Positions 46,195 through 54,881 of a stretch of DNA of 64,000 nt are shown in pieces. Numbering within the stretch: the stretch's first letter is position 1; each line of letters begins with the position of its first letter. Origin of the DNA: Phycisphaerae bacterium (GTDB lineage: Bacteria > Planctomycetota > Phycisphaerae > Phycisphaerales > SM1A02); assembly GCA_016795035.1 (NCBI GenBank), contig JAEUIT010000010.1, forward strand, positions 13,811 to 77,810, given 5' to 3'. The notes beneath the pieces are model-generated. The model worked only from the letters and a program-made list of their open reading frames with translations, was not told where the DNA came from and searched no databases. The position numbers and the translations under genes were made by a program.

Positions 46195-46832
46195 GGCGTG
46201 AACTCCGTCTCCAGCACTTCGCGGAGCGCCATGCGCGCCCGGTGGAGGCGCGTCTTGACGGCACCGGCCTGAATCCCGAGGACCGCGGCGGTCTCGTCGG
46301 TGTCGAGCCCTTCGATGTCGCGCAACAGGAGGACGATTCGGTAATCCTCGGGCAATCGCGAGATCGCGGCGCGGACGATGTCGTTCGTCTCCTTCCGCGT
46401 TGCAAGCTCCTCGGGCGTCTCGCGCCACGCCTCGCGGCGCACGTCGCGGTGGCCGTCGGCGCGGAAGGAGGGGAGAAGCGCCTCGATCGACGTTTCAGGC
46501 CGCCGCCGCCGCGTGCGCAGGCGCATGAGGGCCGCGTTGACGGTGATGCGGTGGAGCCAGGTGCCGAGCGCGGCGTGTCCCTCGAAGCGGCCGATCGCGC
46601 GGAAGGCGGCAAGGAAGGCGTCTTGCAGCGCGTCGGCGGCGTCGGCGTCGTTCGGGAGGAATCGCCGGGCAACGGCGAGGAGGCGGGGGCCGTAGGTGCG
46701 CACCATCAGTTCGAAGGCTCTGGGGTCACCTGCCGCGAGCCGCGCCACGATGGCCGGGTCACCTCCGACGTCCCCAGAAGTCGCTGCGACGTCGGCCGGC
46801 GTTGGATCTCGAGACGAAGCGGTCGTGCACAT
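46191..46832 (-). CDS. ECF (sigma-70 family) RNA polymerase sigma factor
   Basis: Region 2 (DADAADALQDAFLAAFRAIGRFEG...TWLHRITVNAALMRLR) and region 4 (LPEDYRIVLLLRDIEGLDTDETAAVLGIQAGAVKTRLHRAR). ATG 46832 chosen. Confidence 0.9.
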   Translation of the reverse strand: MCTTASSRDPTPADVAATSGDVGGDPAIVARLAAGDPRAFELMVRTYGPRLLAVARRFLPNDADAADALQDAFLAAFRAIGRFEGHAALGTWLHRITVNAALMRLRTRRRRPETSIEALLPSFRADGHRDVRREAWRETPEELATRKETNDIVRAAISRLPEDYRIVLLLRDIEGLDTDETAAVLGIQAGAVKTRLHRARMALREVLETEFTP

Positions 46833-47037
46833 GGCGTGAGAACCCCGCCGCAGGTTGAACCACTGGGCCGCGGGCATTCGTTCCGTCCGATTCCGCTACC
46901 GCAGAATCGGTTCATGACTTTCCCCAAAACGTCGTTCGATGTCGAGCCTTGGCGCGTCGGCCGGGCGGAATCACGGCCGCGGACCGCGACGAGGCCCGTT
47001 TCGACCCTGCCGGCGAGGACCCCGTCCGCGCCGTGCG

Positions 47038-47304
47038 TCACTCCGGCCGCCCGCCCTGGCGGAGGAGGTCGTCGAGCAGGCGTCGCGCCTCGACGAGGTT
47101 CAACACGGCGTTGCCGCCATAGCGCTGGCCGATCTCGGCAGCGATGGCCGCGATGATGGTGTCGGTGACGTCGATCGATTCGCCGCGGGCGAAGAAGGGG
47201 CGAACCACGACGGGTTCAGCTCGTGTGCCCGCGTGCGCGTCGTCGCGCGGGGAGGACGGCGCGTCGAGATCGAGAACGTAGGTGGTGTTTGCGTGGGCGA
47301 TCAT
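47038..47304 (-). CDS. small hypothetical protein
   Basis: ATG 47304, 88 aa (MIAHANTTYVLDLD...IIAAIAAEIGQRYGGNAVLNLVEARRLLDDLLRQ). Protein-like composition. Confidence 0.45.
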   Translation of the reverse strand: MIAHANTTYVLDLDAPSSPRDDAHAGTRAEPVVVRPFFARGESIDVTDTIIAAIAAEIGQRYGGNAVLNLVEARRLLDDLLRQGGRPE

Positions 47305-47412
47305 GCGACCTCCGATGCCTCCGGTCGTCGCGTCGTTACGCCGCGCACCGTGACAACGGCGGCGCGTGATCGTCGAGCGTGACCATTCGGAGTGGCGCGC
47401 ATCGAAGCGGCC

Positions 47413-48531
47413 ATGAAATCCATCGCCGTCTTTCCCGCCGTCAAGGACATTCGCGTCGTCGAGAAGCCCGAGCCAAGGCTCGCGGCCTCGAGCGACGTCA
47501 AGCTTCGCTCGCTCGAGGTCGGCATCTGCGGCACCGACCGCGAGATCTCCTCGTTTCACTACGGCCTTCCTCCGCGAGGCCAGGACCATCTCGTCATCGG
47601 TCACGAGATGCTCGGCGAAGTCGTCGACGTCGGCGACGGAGTGCGAACGCTTGTGCCGGGAGACCTCGTCGTACCGATGGTGCGCCGGCCGTGTCCGCAC
47701 GACTGGTGCAGCGCGTGCCGCGCCGGACGACAGGACTTCTGCTACTCGGGGGACTTCGTCGAGCGCGGCATCAAGGAGATGCACGGCTTCATGGGCGAGT
47801 ATGTCGTCGACGACGAGCGATTCATGGTGAAGGTGCCGCGCGACCTTCGCGATGTCGCCGTGCTCGTCGAACCGCTCACGATCGCGGAGAAGGCGCTGAT
47901 TCAACTGCACGACGTCCAGATGCGCTTGCCGTGGACGTGCCCCATCATGTCGAGGGACCTGGGTCTCGAGCATCGCTGTCACCGCGCCGTCGTGCTGGGT
48001 GCCGGCCCGGTCGGGCTCCTCGGCGCGATGGCGATGCGGGCCCGCGGCTTCGAGACGTGGGTCTACTCGCGCGAGCGCGGACCGAGCCTCAAGTCGGACA
48101 TCGTGCGCGCCGTCGGGGCGACGTATGTCTCGAGCGAAGAGACGCCGGTCGAAGCGCTGGCCGCGGAGATCGGCAACATCGACCTCGTGTACGAGGCGGT
48201 GGGGGCGTCGTCGTTGGCCTTCCGCGTGCTGGAGTCGCTCGGAACGAACGGTGTTTTCGTGATGACCGGCGTGCCCGGGCGCATGGGGCCGATCGACATC
48301 GACGCGGATCTCCTCATGCGCAATCTCGTGCTGAAGAACCAGGTCCTCCTCGGCACCGTGAACGCCGGCCTCGACGCATTCGAGGCCGCGCTCGCGGACC
48401 TCCGTCGCTTCAAGAGCCTCTGGCCCGACGCCCTCGTCGCGCTCTTCACGAATCGACTTCGGATCGACGCCGCGCCAGGCAAGCTTCGTGACGGCAGGGG
48501 CAGCATCAAGGACGTGATCACCTATGGATAA
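47413..48531 (+). CDS. zinc-dependent MDR dehydrogenase, glucose 1-dehydrogenase-like
   Basis: MKSIAVFP...EVGICGTDREI...LVIGHEMLGEVVDVG...VEPLTIAEKA and a Rossmann GAGPVGLLG. An alternative start at 47392 is possible. Confidence 0.85.
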   Translation: MKSIAVFPAVKDIRVVEKPEPRLAASSDVKLRSLEVGICGTDREISSFHYGLPPRGQDHLVIGHEMLGEVVDVGDGVRTLVPGDLVVPMVRRPCPHDWCSACRAGRQDFCYSGDFVERGIKEMHGFMGEYVVDDERFMVKVPRDLRDVAVLVEPLTIAEKALIQLHDVQMRLPWTCPIMSRDLGLEHRCHRAVVLGAGPVGLLGAMAMRARGFETWVYSRERGPSLKSDIVRAVGATYVSSEETPVEALAAEIGNIDLVYEAVGASSLAFRVLESLGTNGVFVMTGVPGRMGPIDIDADLLMRNLVLKNQVLLGTVNAGLDAFEAALADLRRFKSLWPDALVALFTNRLRIDAAPGKLRDGRGSIKDVITYG

Positions 48532-50518
48532 GGACCTCGACACGACGACTCGGTCGTGCGCCCTCGTCAGTCCGACGAGCTGCAACGACGAGTGGCTCGA
48601 GACGGACGGCTGGGGCGGATATGCGATGGGAACCGCGGCCATGGTCCGCGACCGTCGATATCACGGCCTCCTGATGGCCGCCGTCGACCCGCCGGCGGTG
48701 CGTCATCTCCTCGTTGCAGGCATCGAGGTGTGGCTCGAAGTGGACGGTCGCCGCCATCGACTCTCGGCGCAGCGCTATCAGCCCGGCGTCACCGAAGCCG
48801 CGGATGTCCCGCACGTGCAATTCCGCGCGGCACCGTGGCCGACGTGGGAGTACCACCTTGGCACCGAAGCCCGCGTGACGCAGGAGATCTTCATCCCGGC
48901 GGGGTCGCGCGCCACGGTGGTGCGCTTCGCGCTCGTCGAAGGCCCGGCGCGCGCCACGCTCCATGTCCGACCGCTGCTTGCCGGACGCGACGCCCATGAT
49001 CTCCTTCGATTGCCGCCCGACGCAACGGTCGAGCAGGCAGGCGACGGTGTCGTCGGCATTCGATGCGGCGGACATCTCGTCACGATCCGCGGCGGGACGT
49101 GGCGCGACGAACCGCTCGTCTATCGGGACTTTCGCTACGAGGAGGAGGCCGCGAGGGGGTTCGACTGCACGGAGTCGCTCGCGTCGCCTGGCGTCCTTCG
49201 CTTCGAGTTCGATGTGGCGGAGCGAGAAGCCGTGATCGTGTTCGAGTCGGGCGCCCCGAGCGTTCGCGGCGACATCCGAGACTGGGTGCGGCTGCAACGT
49301 CGAGCGGAACGGGCCCGACGAGCGACGTTCGAATCCGACCTTCGCCGCGCCGGAGACCAGTACGTGGTGCAGCGCGGCGGCGGCCTGTCGATCGTGGCGG
49401 GGTATCCGTGGTTCGCGGACTGGGGCCGCGACACGTTCATCGCCATGCGCGGTCTTCTCATCGCGACGCGGCGCTATCGCGACGCGACGCGTTGCCTGGT
49501 GGAGTGGTCGCATGAGCTGTCGCGGGGGATGTTCCCCAACCGATTTCCCGACCGCGCCAGCGTCGTCGACGAGCGCGAGTACAACTCGGCCGACGCGCCG
49601 CTCTGGTTCGTCGTTGCAGCCAGCGAGCTTCTGGCGGCGAGCGACCGTGATGGCGTGCCCGTCGCTCCCGGAGATCGCCGACTTCTCGAGGGCGCGATCC
49701 TCGGAGTCGTCGGCGCCTATCACGGCCGCACGCGATACGGGATTCGAGTCGACGCGCGCGACGGCCTTCTCGCGGCCGGGGCGCCTCGGCAGCAGCTCAC
49801 GTGGATGGACGCTCGCGTGGACGGCCGTGAGGTCACGCCCCGAAGCGGAAAGCCGGTCGAACTGAACGCGCTCTGGATCAACGCGCTCGCCGCGGCGGCA
49901 TCGCTCGACAGCCAGTGGTCGGACGAGCTGCGCTCGTCGCGCCGCTCCTTCACGTCGCGATTCTGGAACGAGTCCGACCGGTGCCTGCACGACGTCATCG
50001 ATGTCGATCACCGGGACAATGCCGTCGACTCGACCATGCGACCGAACCAGATCCTGGCGATCGGCGGGCTGCCCATGGCGGTCGTCGAAGGAGCGCGCGC
50101 GGCGCACGTCGTCGAGTCGGTGGAGCGGCACCTTCTGACACCGCTGGGCCTGCGATCGCTCGCACCGAACGCTGCCGGCTACGTCGGCCGATACGAAGGA
50201 GGGCCCTCGGTGCGCGACGGCGCGTACCACCAGGGCACGGTGTGGCCGTGGCTTCTCGGGCCGTTCGTCGAGGCATGGGTGCGGGTGCGGGGCGATGGCC
50301 CGGCGGTCCGGCGGGCGGCCCGCGAGCGATTCCTCGAGCCGATCCTCGCGCATCTCCGCGTTGCAGGCCTCGGGCACGTCTCGGAGATCGCCGACGGCGA
50401 CGCACCCCACACGCCGCGCGGGTGCCCGTTCCAGGCCTGGTCGCTCGGCGAACTGATTCGGCTCGACGAATCAGTCCTTCGTGTCCGGTCGGACGACCCG
50501 GAAGCGAGCGCCCGATGA
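48524..50518 (+). CDS. glycogen debranching enzyme / amylo-alpha-1,6-glucosidase family protein
   Basis: N-terminal EWLETDGWGGYAMGT...RRYHGLL. C-terminal (alpha/alpha)6 part GYPWFADWGRDTFIAMRGL...YHQGTVWPWLLGPF...EIADGD.PH.PRGCPFQAWS. Overlaps the upstream gene by 8 nt. Confidence 0.9.
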   Translation: MDKDLDTTTRSCALVSPTSCNDEWLETDGWGGYAMGTAAMVRDRRYHGLLMAAVDPPAVRHLLVAGIEVWLEVDGRRHRLSAQRYQPGVTEAADVPHVQFRAAPWPTWEYHLGTEARVTQEIFIPAGSRATVVRFALVEGPARATLHVRPLLAGRDAHDLLRLPPDATVEQAGDGVVGIRCGGHLVTIRGGTWRDEPLVYRDFRYEEEAARGFDCTESLASPGVLRFEFDVAEREAVIVFESGAPSVRGDIRDWVRLQRRAERARRATFESDLRRAGDQYVVQRGGGLSIVAGYPWFADWGRDTFIAMRGLLIATRRYRDATRCLVEWSHELSRGMFPNRFPDRASVVDEREYNSADAPLWFVVAASELLAASDRDGVPVAPGDRRLLEGAILGVVGAYHGRTRYGIRVDARDGLLAAGAPRQQLTWMDARVDGREVTPRSGKPVELNALWINALAAAASLDSQWSDELRSSRRSFTSRFWNESDRCLHDVIDVDHRDNAVDSTMRPNQILAIGGLPMAVVEGARAAHVVESVERHLLTPLGLRSLAPNAAGYVGRYEGGPSVRDGAYHQGTVWPWLLGPFVEAWVRVRGDGPAVRRAARERFLEPILAHLRVAGLGHVSEIADGDAPHTPRGCPFQAWSLGELIRLDESVLRVRSDDPEASAR

Positions 50519-51339
50519 TCGCCTCGCGCCCGCGGGAGCTCCTCCTCGCTGCGGCCATCGACGGAGCGCTCCTCGCCGCCTTCCTCTTCTCGGCCTGTGC
50601 GTTCGCGGTCCTCCTGTTCCATCCGGCGATGCCGGCAACGAGCGCGATTCCCGCGTCGCTCGTCCGGCGAGGGCTGATGGGCGTCGCGATGGGGCTCACG
50701 GCGATGGCGCTCGTGTACTCGCCCTTGGGTCGGCGCTCGGGAGCGCATCTCAATCCTGCGGTGACGTTGACGTTCGCGCTTCTCCGGAAAGTCCGTGTCG
50801 ACGCAGCCGTGGCCTATGTCGTCATGCAGGTCGTCGGGGCGCTCGTCGGAGTCGCCGCGGCGTACGTCGTCTTCCCCGACCGACTCGCGCACGCGTCGGT
50901 GCGCTTCGTGGCCACGGAGCCTGGACCGTCGCACGTCGTCGCGTGGTGGGCGGAGTTCCTTCTCTCGTTCGTCCTCCTCTTCGCGGTGCTCGCCGTCGCG
51001 TCGAGTCGGCGATGGTCCGTGTATGCCGGCGCGGTCGCGGGTGCGCTCGTCGCACTCTTCATCGCGGTCGAAGCGCCGCTCTCGGGCATGAGTCTCAATC
51101 CCGCGCGAAGTCTCGGCTCGGCCGCATTTGCGGGATCGTGGGAGTCGCTCTGGATCTATCTGACGGCGCCGACGGGCGGCATGGCGCTTGTCGCCGTCGT
51201 TCGGCGCGGGCTCTGCCAAGCGCACGGAAGGGGCGAGGGATGCGCGAAGCTCTGTCACCTCGAGGGAGACCGCTGTGTCTTCTGCGAGAAGGCCGAATCC
51301 GACGCGGATGGCTCGCATCCAACCAGCCGTCATGCCTGA
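50515..51339 (+). CDS. MIP/aquaporin family channel with Cys-rich C-terminal tail
   Basis: ATG 50515 overlaps the upstream stop. Two NPA boxes (GAHLNPAVT, GMSLNPARS). Tail CQAHGRGEGCAKLCHLEGDRCVFCEKAE. Confidence 0.88.
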   Translation: MIASRPRELLLAAAIDGALLAAFLFSACAFAVLLFHPAMPATSAIPASLVRRGLMGVAMGLTAMALVYSPLGRRSGAHLNPAVTLTFALLRKVRVDAAVAYVVMQVVGALVGVAAAYVVFPDRLAHASVRFVATEPGPSHVVAWWAEFLLSFVLLFAVLAVASSRRWSVYAGAVAGALVALFIAVEAPLSGMSLNPARSLGSAAFAGSWESLWIYLTAPTGGMALVAVVRRGLCQAHGRGEGCAKLCHLEGDRCVFCEKAESDADGSHPTSRHA

Positions 51340-52924
51340 ACGCTACGACGTCATCATCATCGGCACCGGAGCCGGCGGAGGAACGCTCGCGCACCGTCTC
51401 GCCAGCTCCGGGAAACGAATCCTTCTCCTCGAGCGCGGCGACCACGTCCCTCGCGAAGCCGAGAACTGGAGCTCGCTCGAAGCGGTGCGACGCGAGCGCT
51501 ACCACGCCAACGACACGTGGCTCGACGCGCACGGACGCGGGTTTCGTCCGGGCACGCACTACAACGTCGGCGGCAACACGAAGTTCTACGGCGCGGCGCT
51601 CTTTCGGATGCGTGAGTCGGACTTTCGCGACGTGCGCCACGACGGCGGCATGTCGCCGGCGTGGCCGGTCGGCTACGACGAGTTCGAGCCCTACTACAGC
51701 GAGGCCGAAGCGCTCTACGAGGTGCGAGGGAGAGCCGGGGTCGATCCGACGGAGCCGAGGCGACGGTCGCCCTATCCGCACTCGGAAGTGCCTCACGAGC
51801 CGCGCATGCAGGAGCTCCACGATCACTTCGCGAGCATCGGGCTTCGTCCCTTCCACGTGCCCCTCGGCGTGCGCCTCGACCCTCGAGCGCCAGGATCGAG
51901 TCGCTGCGTGCGTTGTGCGACGTGTGACGGATTCCCATGCCTCGTGCGCGCGAAGTCGGACGCCGAGACGATGTGTGTCGAACCGGCCTGTGCCGACCCT
52001 GAGGTGACGCTCCGAACTCGTGCGAAAGCGACGCGGCTCCTCGCATCGTCGAGCGGTCGCGAGATCGTCGGCGTCGAGGTCGAACGCGATGGGGCGCTCG
52101 AGGAGTATCGCGCCGACCTCGTCGTCGTTGCAGCCGGCGCCGTGAACTCCGCGGCGCTCCTTCTTCGATCACGGTGCGATCGGCATCCGAACGGGGTGGG
52201 CAATGCGAACGACCTCGTCGGGCGGCACTACATGGCCCACAACAACTCGGTCCTCTTCGTCTTCTCGGCGACGCGGAACCCCACCCGATTTCAGAAGACG
52301 CTGGCGCTCAACGACTTCTACGAACACGGCCCGGACGGTCCGAACGACGTCCCGCTCGGCCACATCTCGATGGTCGGCAAGTTCGACGGCCACATGTTCA
52401 AGACGGGGGCGCCGGCCTTCGTGCCGCGATGGGTCCTCGATCGGATGGGGGAGCGATCGCTCGACTTCTGGATCACCTCGGAGGATCTTCCCGACCCCGC
52501 AAATCGCGTGACCCTTGAGGGCGACGGGCAGATCCGCCTCGCCTATCGAGAGAACAACCTTCGTGCGCATCGGCGCCTGATCGCCACGCTCAAGCGATCG
52601 CTCGCCACATTCGACCGAGGCCGCTGGTTCTCGAAGGGCGGGAAGGTGCCGCTCGCCGGCGTCGCGCACCAATGCGGGACGCTCCGATTCGGCGTCGATC
52701 CGACGACGAGCGTGCTCGATCGCGACTGTCGCGTGCACGGCGTTTCGAACCTCTTCGTCGCGGACGGCAGCTTCTTTCCGAGTTCGTCTGCGGTGAATCC
52801 CGCCCTCACGATCATCGCCAACGCCCTCCGTGTGGGCGATGTCATCCGCCGCGATCTGGGAGTCGGCGCCGCCGTCGCATCGACGCGGGCAGCCACACGA
52901 TCGCTTCCGGTCGTCCGCGCCTGA
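51332..52924 (+). CDS. GMC family oxidoreductase
   Basis: YDVIIIGTGAGGGTLAHRLA (FAD fold) and a C-terminal GMC_oxred_C region (HQCGTLRFG...VHGVSNLFVADGSFFPSS.AVNP). Alternative start 51308. Overlaps the MIP gene. Confidence 0.88.
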   Translation: MPERYDVIIIGTGAGGGTLAHRLASSGKRILLLERGDHVPREAENWSSLEAVRRERYHANDTWLDAHGRGFRPGTHYNVGGNTKFYGAALFRMRESDFRDVRHDGGMSPAWPVGYDEFEPYYSEAEALYEVRGRAGVDPTEPRRRSPYPHSEVPHEPRMQELHDHFASIGLRPFHVPLGVRLDPRAPGSSRCVRCATCDGFPCLVRAKSDAETMCVEPACADPEVTLRTRAKATRLLASSSGREIVGVEVERDGALEEYRADLVVVAAGAVNSAALLLRSRCDRHPNGVGNANDLVGRHYMAHNNSVLFVFSATRNPTRFQKTLALNDFYEHGPDGPNDVPLGHISMVGKFDGHMFKTGAPAFVPRWVLDRMGERSLDFWITSEDLPDPANRVTLEGDGQIRLAYRENNLRAHRRLIATLKRSLATFDRGRWFSKGGKVPLAGVAHQCGTLRFGVDPTTSVLDRDCRVHGVSNLFVADGSFFPSSSAVNPALTIIANALRVGDVIRRDLGVGAAVASTRAATRSLPVVRA

Positions 52925-52941
52925 AACGCTGAGATTCCTCC

Positions 52942-54042
52942 ATGGCCACCTCCGCTCCCGACGCGCACGTCGCGCGACGGCTCTTTCTCGGTGCCTCGCT
53001 CTCGCTCGCGGGGCTCTTCGTCGGACTTGCGTCTCTTCCGACCGCGGCGAACGCGCCCGAACGCGATCGGTCGCTGGCGATCGCCGCGCCGCAACGCGAG
53101 CCACTGGCTGCGCGCGTTTCCTCCGTGGGCTTCACCGTTTCCGACATGGAACGGGCGCTGGCGTTCTACTGCGGGGTTCTCGAGATGCGACTCGTCGACG
53201 ATCGCGAGGTCGCGGGGGACGCGGCGGAGCGCCTTGAGGGGGTCTTCGGCGCGCGAAAGCGCGTGTGCACGCTGACGCTGGGCGACGAGCGCGTGACTCT
53301 CACGCAGTACCTCGCGCCCGAAGGCCGGCCCATCCCGGCGGACAGTCGATCGAACGACGGGTGGTTCCAGCACATCGCCATCGTCGTGCGCGACATGGAT
53401 CGCGCGTACGAGCGGCTTCGCACGTTTCACGTGCGGCACGCATCGGCGGGACCTCAGACGATTCCAGCGTCGAATCCGGCCGCCGGCGGGATCCGGGCCT
53501 TCTACTTCAAGGACCCGGACGGCCACGTGCTCGAGATCCTCGCGTTCCCGGCCGACAAGGGCGACCCGCGCTGGCACCGTGGCGACGAAAGCGATGCGCT
53601 CTTCCTGGGCATCGACCACACGGCCATCGCGGTGCGGGACACCGACGCGAGCCTTCGGTTCTACCGCGATCTCCTCGGACTCCACGTTGCAGGCGAGAGC
53701 CGCAACATGGGCGTCGAGCAGGCGCGACTCAACAATGTCGAAGGAGCGAGTCTCCGCATCACGACGTTGCGGCCAGCCGGCGACGCGCGATCGGCGGGGC
53801 CCGGGATCGAACTCCTCGAATACCTCGAGCCCGGCCCGGGGCGGCCGTACCCAGGCGACAGCCTCGCGAACGATGTCTGGCACTGGACCGTGACGATCGA
53901 GACGCCCGGCGTGGTCGAGGCCGTGGGTGCCCTCGGCGACGGCGTGCGGCTCGCGTCGCGCGGCGTGGCCTCGGACGGCGCGCTCGTGCGCGACCCCGAC
54001 GGCCACGCCGTTCTTCTCGTGCCGTCCGCGTCGGCGCCGTAA
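52942..54042 (+). CDS. Tat-signal, two-domain VOC (glyoxalase/bleomycin resistance/dioxygenase) family protein
   Basis: RRLFLGASLSLAG signal, then two VOC modules (VGFTVSDMERALAFY...; IDHTAIAVRDTDASLRFYRDLLGL...DPDGHAVLL). Confidence 0.8.
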   Translation: MATSAPDAHVARRLFLGASLSLAGLFVGLASLPTAANAPERDRSLAIAAPQREPLAARVSSVGFTVSDMERALAFYCGVLEMRLVDDREVAGDAAERLEGVFGARKRVCTLTLGDERVTLTQYLAPEGRPIPADSRSNDGWFQHIAIVVRDMDRAYERLRTFHVRHASAGPQTIPASNPAAGGIRAFYFKDPDGHVLEILAFPADKGDPRWHRGDESDALFLGIDHTAIAVRDTDASLRFYRDLLGLHVAGESRNMGVEQARLNNVEGASLRITTLRPAGDARSAGPGIELLEYLEPGPGRPYPGDSLANDVWHWTVTIETPGVVEAVGALGDGVRLASRGVASDGALVRDPDGHAVLLVPSASAP

Positions 54043-54175
54043 CCGGAGTCGGGCGGCGGCATCTCACTACTGCCGCAGCGGACGCAGGTGTCCGACGTGC
54101 GGCCTCTTCCACCATCGGCCCGTAACCGGCGTCGCGAACGCCACGGAGTGCGGGCCCAACGCAAGGACTTCTCCC

Positions 54176-54712
54176 ATGAATCGCAAGGTTGTCGCATTGG
54201 TCGCCGGTGCCGGTCTCCTCGTCGTCGGCTGGGCCGCGTTCCGTCCGGAACTCCTCTTCATCGATCAGCGCGTCAACGAGGATTTCCCCGTTGCAGCCGC
54301 GGTCGCGATGGTCGACATGCCGACGAGCGAGGCGCCCATGCTCGATCCGATCGCGCAGGACATGAAGGACGCGAAGAAGCTCGCCGAGGGCACGTTCCAC
54401 GGCGTCGCCCACGAGACCAAGGGCACGGCCACGATCTATCAGCTCGCCGACGGCCGGCGGTTCCTGCGCTTCACCGGCTTCGACACCTCGAACGGCCCGG
54501 ACCTCCGCGTGATCATGACGACCGCGACCGACGCCACCGACAGCGACACGATCAAGAACGCGAAGGAGCGCGTCGAGCTCGCGAAGCTCAAGGGCAACGT
54601 GGGCGACCAGAACTACGAACTGCCGAAGGACGTCGATCTCGCGAAGTTCAAGTCGGTGACGGTCTGGTGCAACCGGTTCAGCGTGAACTTCGCGACGGCA
54701 CCGCTGAAGTGA
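54176..54712 (+). CDS. DM13 domain-containing protein
   Basis: N-terminal TM/signal. HETKGTATIYQLADGRRFLRFTGFDTSNGPDLRV...KFKSVTVWCNRFSVNFATAPL is the DM13 pattern. Confidence 0.8.
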   Translation: MNRKVVALVAGAGLLVVGWAAFRPELLFIDQRVNEDFPVAAAVAMVDMPTSEAPMLDPIAQDMKDAKKLAEGTFHGVAHETKGTATIYQLADGRRFLRFTGFDTSNGPDLRVIMTTATDATDSDTIKNAKERVELAKLKGNVGDQNYELPKDVDLAKFKSVTVWCNRFSVNFATAPLK

Positions 54713-54713
54713 G

Positions 54714-54875
54714 GCGCGGCCTTCGGCCGCGGGGAGTCAGGAGCCAGGATTGAGGAGTCAGGGTGAAGGACACCCGACGTGCGGCGCGAGCGATCGTGGC
54801 CACTGCCTCCTGACTCCAGACTCCTGACTCCCTTCTTCACGCCCTTGACCCTTGGTCCTTCATTCTCAACCCTCC
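54714..54875. repeat. Heptamer-tract palindromic element, copy 3
   Basis: GCGCGGCC-TTCG-GCCGCG hairpin, GGAGTCAGGAGCCAGGATTGAGGAGTCAGGGTGAAGG, about 40 nt, then CTCCTGACTCCAGACTCCTGACTCCCTTCTTCACGCCC... Lies directly after the stop at 54712. Confidence 0.8.
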
Positions 54876-54881
54876 CCCAAA

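Noticed and set aside
46833-47037. Possible ECF-type autoregulatory promoter (GGAAC / TGAACC-like boxes) and hairpin CCGATTC-N10-GAATCGG upstream of the sigma gene
   Set aside because: I could not find a GGAAC-N16-17-CGT arrangement with convincing spacing, so calling a promoter would be guesswork.
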